From a bacterium (GTDB taxonomy: Bacteria > Patescibacteriota > UBA1384 > CAILIB01), in assembly GCA_037131105.1 (NCBI GenBank), contig JBAXRQ010000001.1, forward strand, positions 560,589 to 624,588: a stretch of 64,000 nucleotides of DNA, given 5' to 3'. Below the pieces are notes generated by a model. The model made no database searches. It was not told the origin of the DNA and saw only the letters and a program-made list of their open reading frames with translations. Shown piece after piece: positions 27,561-37,042 of the stretch (the stretch's first letter is position 1; the number at the start of each line of letters is the position of its first letter). A program made the position numbers and the translations under genes.

Positions 27561-28082
27561 TTAGGCGCGAGAATCCCTGATCTGTCCCATGACAGTAACA
27601 AGGCCGCGGATGTTACCCTGCAGAACGTTGACCATACCGGAAATAGGTGCGGCCAAAGTACCAACCAGCTGACCGAGGAGCTGCTCGCGGCTCGGAAGCT
27701 TCGACAACGCAATAACCTGGGCTTGGGACAGATATACTCCGTCCATAATACCGCCCACTACCTCAAGGTTCTCGACTTCCTTCAGGAAGGGAGCGACCAG
27801 CTTGGCGCCGGCTACGGCGTCGTCATAGGAGAACACCAGACCGAGGGGCTGTCCGAGGGCCTCTTCAGGAACCTCGATACCGGCATCGGCTAGGGCCTTC
27901 TTCAGAATGTTATTCTGAGCGATCTGAAGCTGCAGCCCGTCGCTAAAGAGCGAGTCGCGGATGCTTTCCAGATCCCCTACCTTCACACTCTGGACATTGA
28001 CCAGAACGACGGACTGAGAGCGGCTGAGCCGATCTGTGGTCCGAGCCAGAATCGCCTCTTTTTGGACGCGTGTCTTTGGCAT
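27561..28082 (-). CDS. rplJ: 50S ribosomal protein L10
   Basis: LSKLPSREQLLGQLVGTLAAP; directly upstream of rplL. Confidence 0.95.
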   Translation of the reverse strand: MPKTRVQKEAILARTTDRLSRSQSVVLVNVQSVKVGDLESIRDSLFSDGLQLQIAQNNILKKALADAGIEVPEEALGQPLGLVFSYDDAVAGAKLVAPFLKEVENLEVVGGIMDGVYLSQAQVIALSKLPSREQLLGQLVGTLAAPISGMVNVLQGNIRGLVTVMGQIRDSRA

Positions 28083-28180
28083 AGGCGCTTGGGGTTATAC
28101 TTGTAAAATGTGATGGTAATAAAAAACTGGACCATCAGGTAGGTCCAGAGAACGTATATGCAAACCACAAAAAGCGGCTG

Positions 28181-28225
28181 ACATACCTCGGCGGGACTTA
28201 TGGGTGCCTGCTGTCTCTGGTACGT
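28181..28225 (-). promoter_or_regulatory. L10 leader (autogenous control element)
   Basis: Minus strand reads acgtacCAGAGACAGCAGG...AAGTCCCGCCGAGGtatgt, matching the L10-leader pattern; promoter TTGACA-17-TATAAC at 28231-28259. Confidence 0.75.
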
Positions 28226-28324
28226 CCTTAGTTATACCTGATACCTTAGCTCCTGTCAACAAACCTGACATGCGAAAGGGGGCCGGTTTCCCAGCCCCCT
28301 ACGGAGGTGCCCCTCAAGCACGCT

Positions 28325-29458
28325 CTAACCACTCTTCTTCCGATACGTAGCTAGACGTACCAGCCAGTAACCCACAAACAACACCAAAGCCGCTGCCAAC
28401 AGTGCCAGCAGAACCGGCCAGCTCAGGCCGACAAGCACTGCCAGGGCGGCCCACCATCTCCTTCGGTTCGGAGTCGCACTCCCCTCAACTGCAACTGCCG
28501 TCATCCCAATGAACAGAATAACCGACAGGCCAAGGAGGTAGTTTGACAAAATGTTCAGCCAAACCCGGATCACCACGTTCGGTACGTTGGTCAGGGTCAC
28601 CGATGGCTGGCCCGTATAACCGACATCGCTCCATTCGCGGGACCTTCCCTGTGAGACCATGCCGATCTTCTTCCAAACCAGATCGTTGGTCTGCTGCCAG
28701 GTCCAGTACGAGACCGCGTTATACCCGCGCGTGCGCTTGCCGAACTCCAGCACTTCGCTGGCCTCAGACAAACCATACGTCTGACCAAGGGGCACTATCG
28801 GCTTCTTGATGCCGTTCTCATGCTCCCAGGCCTTCCACTCTCGGTAGGTCCAGTTGACGGTCTCTTTGACGGACCTCCCCATCGTCCTCCAATACATCTG
28901 GGGCTCAATGAAGTCAGTACCGCCTACCAGGACCTGGTAGGGAAGCGCTCGATGCTTGGAAGGAATGGCATAGGGTGCGAATCCGAGCAGCTTCTGGGGA
29001 CACTTAGTCGTCCTGTAGTCAGAAACTTCACTGACAAGCTGCTCAGTCTCCCCCCACTTTGGTTTGGACTCCATCGGCGTCTCCGTGTTGTACACGTAGC
29101 CATCGACATAGTCGCGGGACAGCCAGTCGCAGATCAGGTGGGCCTCCTCATGCGGATGGTTTGCATGGTTGAAGCCCCAGACGAAAACCTTTATCCCTGC
29201 GGACTGCATGGCCCTGGCAATCTCGGGCACCCGGTCAGCCTCCACGTAAAGCTGGATGCCGTCGTGCACCTTCAGGTAGACATGACCGATGCCGGCCGCC
29301 TTGGCCTGGTTGACCATCTCTGCGGGCGTACCGCACTTGCTGGGCTGCCCGATCCAGATACCGACCCCGATCTGCCTGAGCTGGTCGGATACCGGCGCTG
29401 CCTGGACCATCGAAGTCCAAGCACATACAAACAGTGCTACTATCAAAGAACGTTTCAC
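28325..29458 (-). CDS. Secreted glycoside-hydrolase-like TIM-barrel protein with two C-terminal TMs
   Basis: GTG 29458 after GAGGGAG; signal peptide VKRSLIVALFVCAWTSMVQA; G.GIWI..AKAAGIGHVYLKVHDG, DGYVYNTE, FIEPQMYW, VSYWTWQ. Confidence 0.65.
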   Translation of the reverse strand: MKRSLIVALFVCAWTSMVQAAPVSDQLRQIGVGIWIGQPSKCGTPAEMVNQAKAAGIGHVYLKVHDGIQLYVEADRVPEIARAMQSAGIKVFVWGFNHANHPHEEAHLICDWLSRDYVDGYVYNTETPMESKPKWGETEQLVSEVSDYRTTKCPQKLLGFAPYAIPSKHRALPYQVLVGGTDFIEPQMYWRTMGRSVKETVNWTYREWKAWEHENGIKKPIVPLGQTYGLSEASEVLEFGKRTRGYNAVSYWTWQQTNDLVWKKIGMVSQGRSREWSDVGYTGQPSVTLTNVPNVVIRVWLNILSNYLLGLSVILFIGMTAVAVEGSATPNRRRWWAALAVLVGLSWPVLLALLAAALVLFVGYWLVRLATYRKKSG

Positions 29459-29489
29459 TCTTGCTCCCTCTAAAATGAAGTGACGCCTT

Positions 29490-29518
29490 ACTATAGGCAG
29501 TTTATCGTCTTCTGTCAA
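29490..29518 (-). promoter_or_regulatory. Sigma70 promoter for the 29458 gene
   Basis: TTGACA-17-TATAGT. Confidence 0.75.
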
Positions 29519-29519
29519 T

Positions 29520-29549
29520 AAAAAAGAGCCCCTTAAGGGGCTCTTTTTT
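29520..29549 (-). terminator. Terminator after rplA
   Basis: aaaaaagagcccc-ttaa-ggggctctttttt. Confidence 0.85.
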
Positions 29550-29564
29550 ATTGCTTCGGCTACG

Positions 29565-30494
29565 TTACTTAACCGCGATCTCCACCTTCACACCGGGACC
29601 CATGGTAGGGGCAAGGCTGATGGACTCGATTTTGTTTGAGGCAAGAAGCTGTTCCAAGATACGGAAGTTCTCTACCAGCTGTTCGCTCTTGAAGGAAACA
29701 CGGCCGATAGCCAGGTGCACTACGCCGCTCTTGTCAGCCCGGTATTCGATACGGCCGCCACCGATCTCAGTGCGTGCTTTCTCGATATCCTCGGTGACGG
29801 TACCAGCCTTAGGAGACGGCATCAGACCCTTAGGACCCAGCACCTTGGCGTACTTGGCAAGCTTTGGCATCTGGGCAGGAGTAGCCAGCAGGATGTCGAA
29901 GTCAAGCTTACCAGCGGCGATAGCCTCTAAGGTCTCGTCGTCAGCAACGGCTACTTTCTTAGTTTTACCAGTGCCGTGGGGCAGGGTAACCATGCCGCGC
30001 AGACCTTCAGTCTTCACCTTGGCGTGCAGCTCAACAGTGGCGTCAAAGCTGACGTAGGACAGCTGCTTGACCAGCTCAACGGCTTCCTCGATAGGGTAGG
30101 CCTTACTGCGGTCTACCAGAGCGATCTTGGCCCGGTACTTCTTGCCACGCAGACGGAGGGGGTCCAATACTTTGGTAGGGGCCGGTGCAGGAGCGGCTCC
30201 CTTGGCCTCACGGGCGGCGGCAGCCTTCTTGGACTTCTCAGAGGTGCTCTCACGGCCCTTCTTGGCCTCTACGGCCTCCTCGTCAACGATCGCAGCCTCC
30301 TTCTCAAGCTGTGAATAGTCGATCTCGGTCGCCGCATCTGCCTCACGAGCAGTGTCATTGTCGGTGTTCATGGCGGACTCCTCAGCGGGGGTGACTTCGG
30401 CGCTGCCGGTCACCTGCTCGAGCTCTTCCAGTACCATGTCGTTCTCGTCCTGGTTCTGATCCATAGGATCATGCTTGATGGCGTCATCAGCCAT
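29565..30494 (-). CDS. rplA: 50S ribosomal protein L1 with long acidic N-terminal extension
   Basis: RGKKY, FDATVELH, RGMVTLPHGTGK, LGPKGLMPSPKAGTVT, TMGPGVK. Confidence 0.95.
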   Translation of the reverse strand: MADDAIKHDPMDQNQDENDMVLEELEQVTGSAEVTPAEESAMNTDNDTAREADAATEIDYSQLEKEAAIVDEEAVEAKKGRESTSEKSKKAAAAREAKGAAPAPAPTKVLDPLRLRGKKYRAKIALVDRSKAYPIEEAVELVKQLSYVSFDATVELHAKVKTEGLRGMVTLPHGTGKTKKVAVADDETLEAIAAGKLDFDILLATPAQMPKLAKYAKVLGPKGLMPSPKAGTVTEDIEKARTEIGGGRIEYRADKSGVVHLAIGRVSFKSEQLVENFRILEQLLASNKIESISLAPTMGPGVKVEIAVK

Positions 30495-30506
30495 ATGTGC
30501 CTTTCT

Positions 30507-30538
30507 GATGGTGCTAGCGCCGATTTTCGGCTCCCATC
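30507..30538 (-). promoter_or_regulatory. Probable L1-binding leader hairpin
   Basis: Minus strand gatgGGAGccgaaaatcggcgctagcACCATC, resembling the GUGGGAG...ACCAC L1 site, placed directly before rplA. Confidence 0.6.
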
Positions 30539-30542
30539 TTAC

Positions 30543-30625
30543 ATGTTTTGACTTCGCTTTTACTCACTGTCCTCGTTCTCCCTTGTTACCGACTGCGGAG
30601 GCGAGAAAAAGCGAAGTCAAAACAT
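30543..30625. repeat. Long inverted-repeat element
   Basis: Perfect 19-bp IR atgttttgacttcgctttt / aaaagcgaagtcaaaacat. Confidence 0.8.
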
Positions 30626-30645
30626 TTCTACTAATTAATTGGATC

Positions 30646-31224
30646 TTACGGATGGATGGTCTCCTCCGCAAGAGTGCCTTGCTCGAGCCACTCTACCAGT
30701 TTTGGGACTACTCTGTCAATCGCCTGCTCCACCATCTTGCGCTCATGGGCAGGGAGCGGCTGCAGTACGTACTCGTCGAGCGGCGGCTGGTGCACGCGGT
30801 GCTCAGGATGTTGCTCGTACAGTCCTACTCCAATCTTGACCCGCCAGAACTCATCGGAGCCGGAATGATCCAGGAGCGACTTCAGTCCGTTGTGTCCCCC
30901 ATCCCCGCCTGACTTGCGCACCCGTACCGACCCTGGAGCGATGTATACATCATCAGCAATGACGCAGATGTCCTCAGGAGCCACCCCGAAATACTCTACG
31001 ACTTCGCGTACCGGCCGGCCAGAGGTGTTCATGAACTGAGTTGGCTTAAAAAGCAAAGACTTGGTAGTTCCGCTGCCAATTTCCCAGAGCTCGCCGTCCT
31101 TAAACTGCTTAGCCTTCCCCGCCCCTAGCTTTTTAGCTACAGCATCAAGACAGACGAAACCTATAGTATGACGATCGCGCACGTGCTGTTCCCCGGGATT
31201 TCCCAAACCGATGAGTAGACGCAT
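30646..31224 (-). CDS. pth: Peptidyl-tRNA hydrolase
   Basis: LIGLGNPG, KPTQFMNTSG, GGDGGHNGLKS. Confidence 0.95.
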   Translation of the reverse strand: MRLLIGLGNPGEQHVRDRHTIGFVCLDAVAKKLGAGKAKQFKDGELWEIGSGTTKSLLFKPTQFMNTSGRPVREVVEYFGVAPEDICVIADDVYIAPGSVRVRKSGGDGGHNGLKSLLDHSGSDEFWRVKIGVGLYEQHPEHRVHQPPLDEYVLQPLPAHERKMVEQAIDRVVPKLVEWLEQGTLAEETIHP

Positions 31225-31274
31225 AGGTCTCTGATTACGGATAGGTGAAGGATAATGGCCTCTTCCCTCTAAAA

Positions 31275-31592
31275 CTACAAACCCAGACCGGCAGGTAAAT
31301 TAAGATCACCAGCAACTTTCTTCATCTGTTCAGCCGCAACCGCCTGGGCTTTGGAAATAGCCTGGCCGGTCACGTTCATGATCGACTTCTCGAGCTCGCG
31401 GCCCTTGCCTGGCTCCAGCCAGGAGTCGTCGATCTGGATGTCTACCATGCGCTGTTCGCCGTTGAACACCACGGTAATGGTGCCGTCAGCTGACGACGCC
31501 TCGATCTCGGTCTCCTTCAGCTCCTTCTGGATGGCCCGGGCCTTCTTTACCAGCTCATAGGTCTCTTTGCCCTTGGAAAATGGATTACTCAT
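31275..31592 (-). CDS. ybaB: YbaB/EbfC nucleoid-associated protein
   Basis: KKARAIQKEL...DGTITVVFNGEQ..IQID pattern, 105 aa. Confidence 0.85.
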   Translation of the reverse strand: MSNPFSKGKETYELVKKARAIQKELKETEIEASSADGTITVVFNGEQRMVDIQIDDSWLEPGKGRELEKSIMNVTGQAISKAQAVAAEQMKKVAGDLNLPAGLGL

Positions 31593-31606
31593 GGTGGAAC
31601 GCGAAA

Positions 31607-32698
31607 TTAGGCGGATATATTCGAATCTGACTTTAGGTAGGCCTCGATGAAGCCACTCAGCTCGCCGTCCAGTACTCCCTGCACGTCGCTGGTCTCATAC
31701 TCGGTACGGTGGTCCTTGACCAACTGGTAGGGCTGCATGACGTAGGAACGGATCTGGTTACCCCAGCTGCCTTCCTTGAACTCACCCTTGAGGATAGCAG
31801 TTTCCTCGGCGTCCTGCAGTAAGCGAAGTCGCTCTAGCTTGGAGAGCAGGATCTTCATAGCGGTAGCCTTGTTCTGGTGCTGGCTGCGCTCATTCTGGAC
31901 ACTTACCACCAGGCCGCTGGGAAGGTGGGTCAGGCGTACGGCCGAGTCGGTGGTATTTACCCCCTGTCCTCCTTTGCCGCTCGAGCGAAAGACATCGATG
32001 CGCAGGTCCTTCTCGTCAATGTTTGCAGCCGCGGAGGCGTCCATCTCGGGAATGACCTCGACTAGGGCAAAGCTGGTCTGACGCAAACCCTTAGCATTAA
32101 AAGGCGACATACGCACCAGACGGTGTACTCCGGCCTCGGACTTCAGTAGGCCGAAGGCATTGCTGCCCTGGATCTCAAGTACCGCCCGCTTGAGGCCCGC
32201 CTCCTCTCCCCTAGTCCGCTCGACGATGTCTACCTTCCAATTGTGCCGATCAACTGAGAGTGTACGCTCCTCTGGCTGCTCGGTGCTCCCCTGCTCCACA
32301 TACCGCAAGAACATGCGCTCCAACATCTCGGCGAAATCCTGGGCATCTACGCCTCCGGTGCCGGCGTGAATGGTCAGGATGGCCCCTCTAGCGTCATGAA
32401 CACCTGAAAGCAAGGCCTTCTGCTCAAGCACTGTAAGCTCTTTATCTAGACTAATGAGATCATCCTCAGATAATTCAACCATGCCAAGAAATCCTTCCAG
32501 ATCGTCCCACTGGGAAAGAGTTGCCTGCAGCTCATTAAGCTCGGACATGGTCTTCACTGCCTTCTCCTGGTCCTCCCAGAGGTCGCTGGCCTGGCTAGCC
32601 GCCTCGAGTTCAGGTAAGCGTATTCGCTTTGCCTCAATGCCAAGCTTAGGCCCCAGGGCCTGCAGGCGTTCACCCAGGTTGTCTAGTTCTGTGGCCAT
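31607..32698 (-). CDS. prfB: Peptide chain release factor 2 (no programmed frameshift)
   Basis: GVHRLVRMSPF (SPF), GKGGQGVN, WGNQIRSY; start placed at MATELD. Confidence 0.95.
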   Translation of the reverse strand: MATELDNLGERLQALGPKLGIEAKRIRLPELEAASQASDLWEDQEKAVKTMSELNELQATLSQWDDLEGFLGMVELSEDDLISLDKELTVLEQKALLSGVHDARGAILTIHAGTGGVDAQDFAEMLERMFLRYVEQGSTEQPEERTLSVDRHNWKVDIVERTRGEEAGLKRAVLEIQGSNAFGLLKSEAGVHRLVRMSPFNAKGLRQTSFALVEVIPEMDASAAANIDEKDLRIDVFRSSGKGGQGVNTTDSAVRLTHLPSGLVVSVQNERSQHQNKATAMKILLSKLERLRLLQDAEETAILKGEFKEGSWGNQIRSYVMQPYQLVKDHRTEYETSDVQGVLDGELSGFIEAYLKSDSNISA

Positions 32699-32730
32699 TG
32701 ATGAGATTAGTGTCTCCAGAGATACTACCA

Positions 32731-32772
32731 AAAAAAGAACCCCGCGGCCATAAGGCTCACGGGGTTTCTTTT
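32731..32772 (-). terminator. Terminator after the LPXTG protein gene
   Basis: aaaagaaccccg...cggggtttctttt. Confidence 0.7.
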
Positions 32773-32786
32773 GTGCTATCTGGGAG

Positions 32787-34673
32787 TTACCGGATGTCCA
32801 GGTTCTCCAGGCTCTTCTTCAGGGCCTTCTTCAGCTTCAGGTAGCGAGCAAGTCCTGCACCTAGTCCAGAAGTGGTTCCTGCTAGTAGCAGGCCAGCTTC
32901 AGGGCCGGTCTTAGGCAACTGAGGCGGAACCGTGACAACTACGGGAGACGGACTTGGGGTCGGGCTATGCGTAGGAGTCGGGGTAGCGGTAGGAACTGGG
33001 GTCGGAGTAGGAGTCGGACTTGGGGTAGGCGTAGGTGTTGGCGTAGGCTTCGGGGTAGCTGTTGGCGTGGGGGTAGGGGTAGCCGTAGGCTTGGGAGTAG
33101 GAGTCGGGGTGGGCTTTGGCGTAGGTGTAGGCGTGGCCGTAGGGGTAGGCTTCGGAGTCGGGGTTGGGGTCGGCTTCGGGGTAGGAGTCGGAGTAGCCGT
33201 AGGTGTTGGGGCAGGCGTAGGAGTAGGAATGACACAGGCAGGCAGGATAGCCGTAGCAGTGTCGCTCTTCTCTCCGGTTCCGTTGGCCTTGATGAAGGCG
33301 GTGTTCACCGCAGTGGTCTGAGCCACGAGACAACGAACCTGAACCTTCAGGGTAATCGTCTTACCATGACCGGGGTCAAAGGTGGTCAGGATAATACCTC
33401 CCTTGAAGAAGGCGTCCTGTACCGGCTGAGACTGAACCGCGTTGTCGATGGTCAGACTGTTAGGCACATAGGTGGCACCGGTAGGCAGCACGTCACGCAG
33501 GGTAGGATTCACAGCGGTAGTGTTGCCAGTGTTACCGACCAAGATACGGTAGGTCAGGGTCTGGTTAGGGTTAATCAGTCCGATAGAGTCTACGTAGGCA
33601 CCGGTAGCGGGGTTCTGAACGTCCTTTACGACGGTCAGACCGCGGGTGCAGGAAATCAAGGTGGTAGCATCGTCAGAGGCCTTTACAGCGCCCTGGTATA
33701 CGATCTGAGCCTTGTCGACAACGGTTACGTCGGCACCACAGTTCGAAGGCGCAATGGCCTCAAACTGGATACGCTGGTATCCGCCGGTATGAGGCTCCAG
33801 GCTGGAGAACACATAGCCGCCGTTCACGATGGCATTACCCGAGATAGGGGTACCGTTCGTGTTGTTCTGGTTGGTCAAGAGAGCGTTGCCAGCATAGGTG
33901 AACCCAGCAGGCAGCACGTTCTTCAACGAGACATTGTTGGCAGTAGTATTACCGGTGTTCAGGATGGTCATACGATAGGCCACCTTGTCACCAGGAGCGA
34001 TGATAGCAGTAGCGGCATCGTACCAGATATCATAGCCGAGACTCATGTCACGGACCTCATTCTTCACGCTGAATGAGGTTACCGGAGTACCGTACCGGGT
34101 AACGGTATAGGATACCGGATTGGTGACAGCGCTTACCCCGTCAAACGAAGAGGTAGCGGTATTGGTATAGGTAGTCTGGCCAACCGAGAACTGGTCGTCA
34201 GAAGCAAGGCGAGCCTTGAACTGAAGATACAGGGCAGCGTTTGGCTGAGGAGCCATGTCAACGAAGGCCCAGCCAAGGTCATGACCGTTGTTCTTAATGC
34301 TCATGTAGCTATCCGAAAGCGGATAGTCATGGTCCTTGTTATCGCTGCCCTTTACCCGTACGAACGAGCTGTTAGGGGTATAGGTCAGACGAGAGTCAAG
34401 GTGCTCTACGATCTTCGGGTGGGCGCCGTTAGCGTCACCGGTGTTCTCAAGGAGTACGCGGAACGCCAGCGAGTCACCAGGAGTAGCCTGGGCACTGGAA
34501 GCATACTCGGACTGCCCGCCGGACAGCTGTACGGCAAGCCTGGTGTTGATCTGGGGACCAGAGGTCGCAATGACCGACTGCATACCCATGAAGCCAAGGG
34601 CCAGGGCGGAAGCAGCCACCACAAAGCGGGTGCCGAATCGTCCCATGGATGTAAGGAGTGAACTTTGTGTCAT
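32787..34673 (-). CDS. DUF11-type Ig-repeat surface protein with (PT)n stalk and LPKTG sorting signal
   Basis: Three repeats of PG(D/Q).L.Y/F.I.+.NTG..TA.N..L.D.LP.G.TY; long PT repeat; PQLPKTGPE + hydrophobic stretch + basic tail; promoter TTGACA-17-TAAAAC at 34770-34798. Confidence 0.85.
   Translation of the reverse strand: MTQSSLLTSMGRFGTRFVVAASALALGFMGMQSVIATSGPQINTRLAVQLSGGQSEYASSAQATPGDSLAFRVLLENTGDANGAHPKIVEHLDSRLTYTPNSSFVRVKGSDNKDHDYPLSDSYMSIKNNGHDLGWAFVDMAPQPNAALYLQFKARLASDDQFSVGQTTYTNTATSSFDGVSAVTNPVSYTVTRYGTPVTSFSVKNEVRDMSLGYDIWYDAATAIIAPGDKVAYRMTILNTGNTTANNVSLKNVLPAGFTYAGNALLTNQNNTNGTPISGNAIVNGGYVFSSLEPHTGGYQRIQFEAIAPSNCGADVTVVDKAQIVYQGAVKASDDATTLISCTRGLTVVKDVQNPATGAYVDSIGLINPNQTLTYRILVGNTGNTTAVNPTLRDVLPTGATYVPNSLTIDNAVQSQPVQDAFFKGGIILTTFDPGHGKTITLKVQVRCLVAQTTAVNTAFIKANGTGEKSDTATAILPACVIPTPTPAPTPTATPTPTPKPTPTPTPKPTPTATPTPTPKPTPTPTPKPTATPTPTPTATPKPTPTPTPTPSPTPTPTPVPTATPTPTHSPTPSPSPVVVTVPPQLPKTGPEAGLLLAGTTSGLGAGLARYLKLKKALKKSLENLDIR
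32950..33228 (-). repeat. Pro-Thr coding microrepeat
   Basis: Degenerate (CCN ACN)n encoding about 90 aa of PTPT(K/A). Confidence 0.85.
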
Positions 34674-34823
34674 AGAGACTCTGGTTAGATAGTGGTGAGT
34701 ATAGGTCCGCCAGGGATATTTCGGTGTAAGTTGGCTTACATAACCGATAATCCGCAGCAGTAATAGTGTGTTTTACCATACTAGAGACTTTTTGTCAATA
34801 GGTAAATAGGCTCTGGGATACGA

Positions 34824-34859
34824 AAAACGACCCCGAGCATTGCTGCTGCGGGGTCGTTT
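34824..34859 (-). terminator. Terminator of the 37042-35970 operon
   Basis: aaacgacccc...ggggtcgttt. Confidence 0.7.
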
Positions 34860-34893
34860 CGTTAGACAGTCGGCGCGGTGGTGGTCGCGCTGA

Positions 34894-35970
34894 CTAGTTG
34901 AATGGAACCTGGACAGGGTTGTCGCCAGGACCAGTTACCGGACCGCCCGGATCCCCCGGTATGGGGTAATTCGGTGGCTCGTCAGGTCCAGTGGGTTGTC
35001 CGGGATTGCCCGGTGTAGGTGGCTTACGGTGATGCCCACCCTGGTGCTGGTGCTGATTCTGAGTCTGCGACTGGCGGATGTCAATCCTGCTTGGCAGGCT
35101 GATGTATCCGCTCTGGGAGCCGGCTGTGACCGTGAAGTCATGGCCATGTGCGCGGCCGGGAGTTCCCAGCTGCACGGGTGGCGCCGGTGTCTCGCGTTCG
35201 ATCACCGTGGTGCCACCGCCGACGATGAGGAAGGTTTGACGCTCCTGCACGACGGTCTTCGGCTGATGCCAGCGCTCGACAATCTTCTCCTTGTACTTGA
35301 TCTTGGTCTTATACTTGACCTTGGTCTTGTACTTGGTGACGGTCCTTGTCTTGCACTTGCACTCGCAGGGAGGCGACGGTGTACCTTTGGAAGGCTGGCC
35401 GTTAGACTCGTTGCCGCAGTATCCGTGCCGCGACATATCGTCCCAGACATGCGTATAGTCCCACGACTTATTCCCATCTTTCCAGGTAACGACCATCGTG
35501 TAACGGTCGTAGTCCTTGACGATGTAGGGGTTAGCCGAAGTACCGTAGCCCGAGACCCACTTGCCGCCGCGAACGAAGGAGTAATTGAACTGGTCGCCCT
35601 TGTTAAGAGTGAACCACTTCTCTCCTGGACCGGGTGCGATGCCCCGCTTGGGGCCTGGAAAATCCAGGCACTCCATGCTGGTATCGACTTTGCCCGGAAC
35701 GGACAGCAGGGCGGTGTTGCGCTGACCTTCGGGCACGTTGGCTGCCCAAGCGCCGTACTTGACCGTCCACTTACGCTCGGGCATGCTGTCGACCTCGCGG
35801 ACGACGTCGTTGCTGTACCCGAGGTGGCGGTTGTAGTCTCGCTTCCACTGTGCCTCGGCCATAAGCCTTGGCATTTCGGACATCGGTGGTTGCCGAAGGT
35901 CGTTCGTCTGGGCGATTACCGGCATTGCTGCCAGCAGAAGCCCAAAAGCCATCAATATGATACGTTTCAT
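34894..35970 (-). CDS. Secreted hypothetical protein with K-x repeat and Q/H/P-rich tail
   Basis: GAGGAG SD before ATG 35970; signal peptide MKRIILMAFGLLLAAMPVIA. Confidence 0.72.
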   Translation of the reverse strand: MKRIILMAFGLLLAAMPVIAQTNDLRQPPMSEMPRLMAEAQWKRDYNRHLGYSNDVVREVDSMPERKWTVKYGAWAANVPEGQRNTALLSVPGKVDTSMECLDFPGPKRGIAPGPGEKWFTLNKGDQFNYSFVRGGKWVSGYGTSANPYIVKDYDRYTMVVTWKDGNKSWDYTHVWDDMSRHGYCGNESNGQPSKGTPSPPCECKCKTRTVTKYKTKVKYKTKIKYKEKIVERWHQPKTVVQERQTFLIVGGGTTVIERETPAPPVQLGTPGRAHGHDFTVTAGSQSGYISLPSRIDIRQSQTQNQHQHQGGHHRKPPTPGNPGQPTGPDEPPNYPIPGDPGGPVTGPGDNPVQVPFN

Positions 35971-35992
35971 CTTTTTCTCCTCATTCCTCTTC

Positions 35993-37042
35993 CTACTGCT
36001 TGCCCAGGAAAGAATCCTGGTTGAAGGCAATGACACCTTCGCCGTACTTCAGATCCCGAAGGGTGAAGAACAGCTCGGTTGTCACCTTCTTTCCGGTGCC
36101 CACTTCCGTAAGAACTTGCCGCTCCACCTGAAAGGTGGTTCCGGCCGGTCCGACGAAGCGGTCATGAAAGTCGACTTTTCGGCCGTCAGAATACTTGTAG
36201 TATCCGACAACTTCATAATCAACTTCGCTCAATGCCCGGAAATCGATGGTGCCGTTAACACCCGTAAGCGGGTATCCTCCACTGAACCGGTTAGCCGGTG
36301 GCGTGGTGGTTACATGCTCGACGGGCTTTTGCGGTGCCAGGGGAGCCACATATACAGGGGCGGCTGCGATTGACGGTGCCGGCGGTCCGGCAATTCCGTT
36401 CAACCGATAGTACTCCTGCCACATCCACGCGATGATGTCGTCCGCGGTGCCATCGGCAACCGGACAGTCCTCACCGATGAATGTGATCGTGGTATCGCTC
36501 CAACCCGGCGGGTGCTTTGCACTGCCACCGAATAAGCCTGCGACGGCATTGCCGGCGACCTGGCCCAGACTTCCTTCCGAAGTTATCCGCAACACCCGGC
36601 TGCTTCCGCAAGCTGGAGTAACGGTTATCTTCTCCTTAAGGTAGTCGGGCTTGTTTTTGTCCTGCCAACTGGGCTGCGCACCGTCCCATCCACGACGAAC
36701 GTGAGCTGTAGTGCGATCCCTATGCTGCATGTCAGGGGCATAGCCGAAAGGCGTGCCTATGACTTCATCGGAAAAGCTCATACCTTTCGGCAGGTTGGTC
36801 GGCACGACCAGGAACGTATTTTCGTTCATCGGTGCGTGCACTATCGACAGCTTGGTACCGACCATTCGAAAAAGGTCAGTGTTCACGCCGGCGGCAGTTT
36901 GGACGGAAGACGAGGTCGGCTTGGTGCCGCTGATGCCAAATCCACCCAATGCCCCAGGCACTCCAGCGTGAGCCGGGAGAGCGTGGGACGACATAACAAG
37001 TAACAGTACAGCCGCAATGGCTGTCTTAAATACGCATTTCAT
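35993..37042 (-). CDS. Secreted hypothetical protein
   Basis: AAGGAG SD; signal peptide ending AHA; promoter TTGACA-17-TATAAA at 37157-37185. Confidence 0.72.
   Translation of the reverse strand: MKCVFKTAIAAVLLLVMSSHALPAHAGVPGALGGFGISGTKPTSSSVQTAAGVNTDLFRMVGTKLSIVHAPMNENTFLVVPTNLPKGMSFSDEVIGTPFGYAPDMQHRDRTTAHVRRGWDGAQPSWQDKNKPDYLKEKITVTPACGSSRVLRITSEGSLGQVAGNAVAGLFGGSAKHPPGWSDTTITFIGEDCPVADGTADDIIAWMWQEYYRLNGIAGPPAPSIAAAPVYVAPLAPQKPVEHVTTTPPANRFSGGYPLTGVNGTIDFRALSEVDYEVVGYYKYSDGRKVDFHDRFVGPAGTTFQVERQVLTEVGTGKKVTTELFFTLRDLKYGEGVIAFNQDSFLGKQ

Noticed and set aside
32950-33228. Possible CRISPR array or DNA-level tandem repeat
   Set aside because: It is a degenerate codon repeat within a CDS with no repeat-spacer pattern; no CRISPR array or cas gene was seen in the window
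32932-34076. Long plus-strand ORFs (GV-repeat and R/G-rich)
   Set aside because: They are antisense shadows of the PT repeat in the LPKTG protein
34996-36024. 342-aa plus-strand ORF
   Set aside because: It is antisense to a gene that has an SD, a signal peptide and operon context
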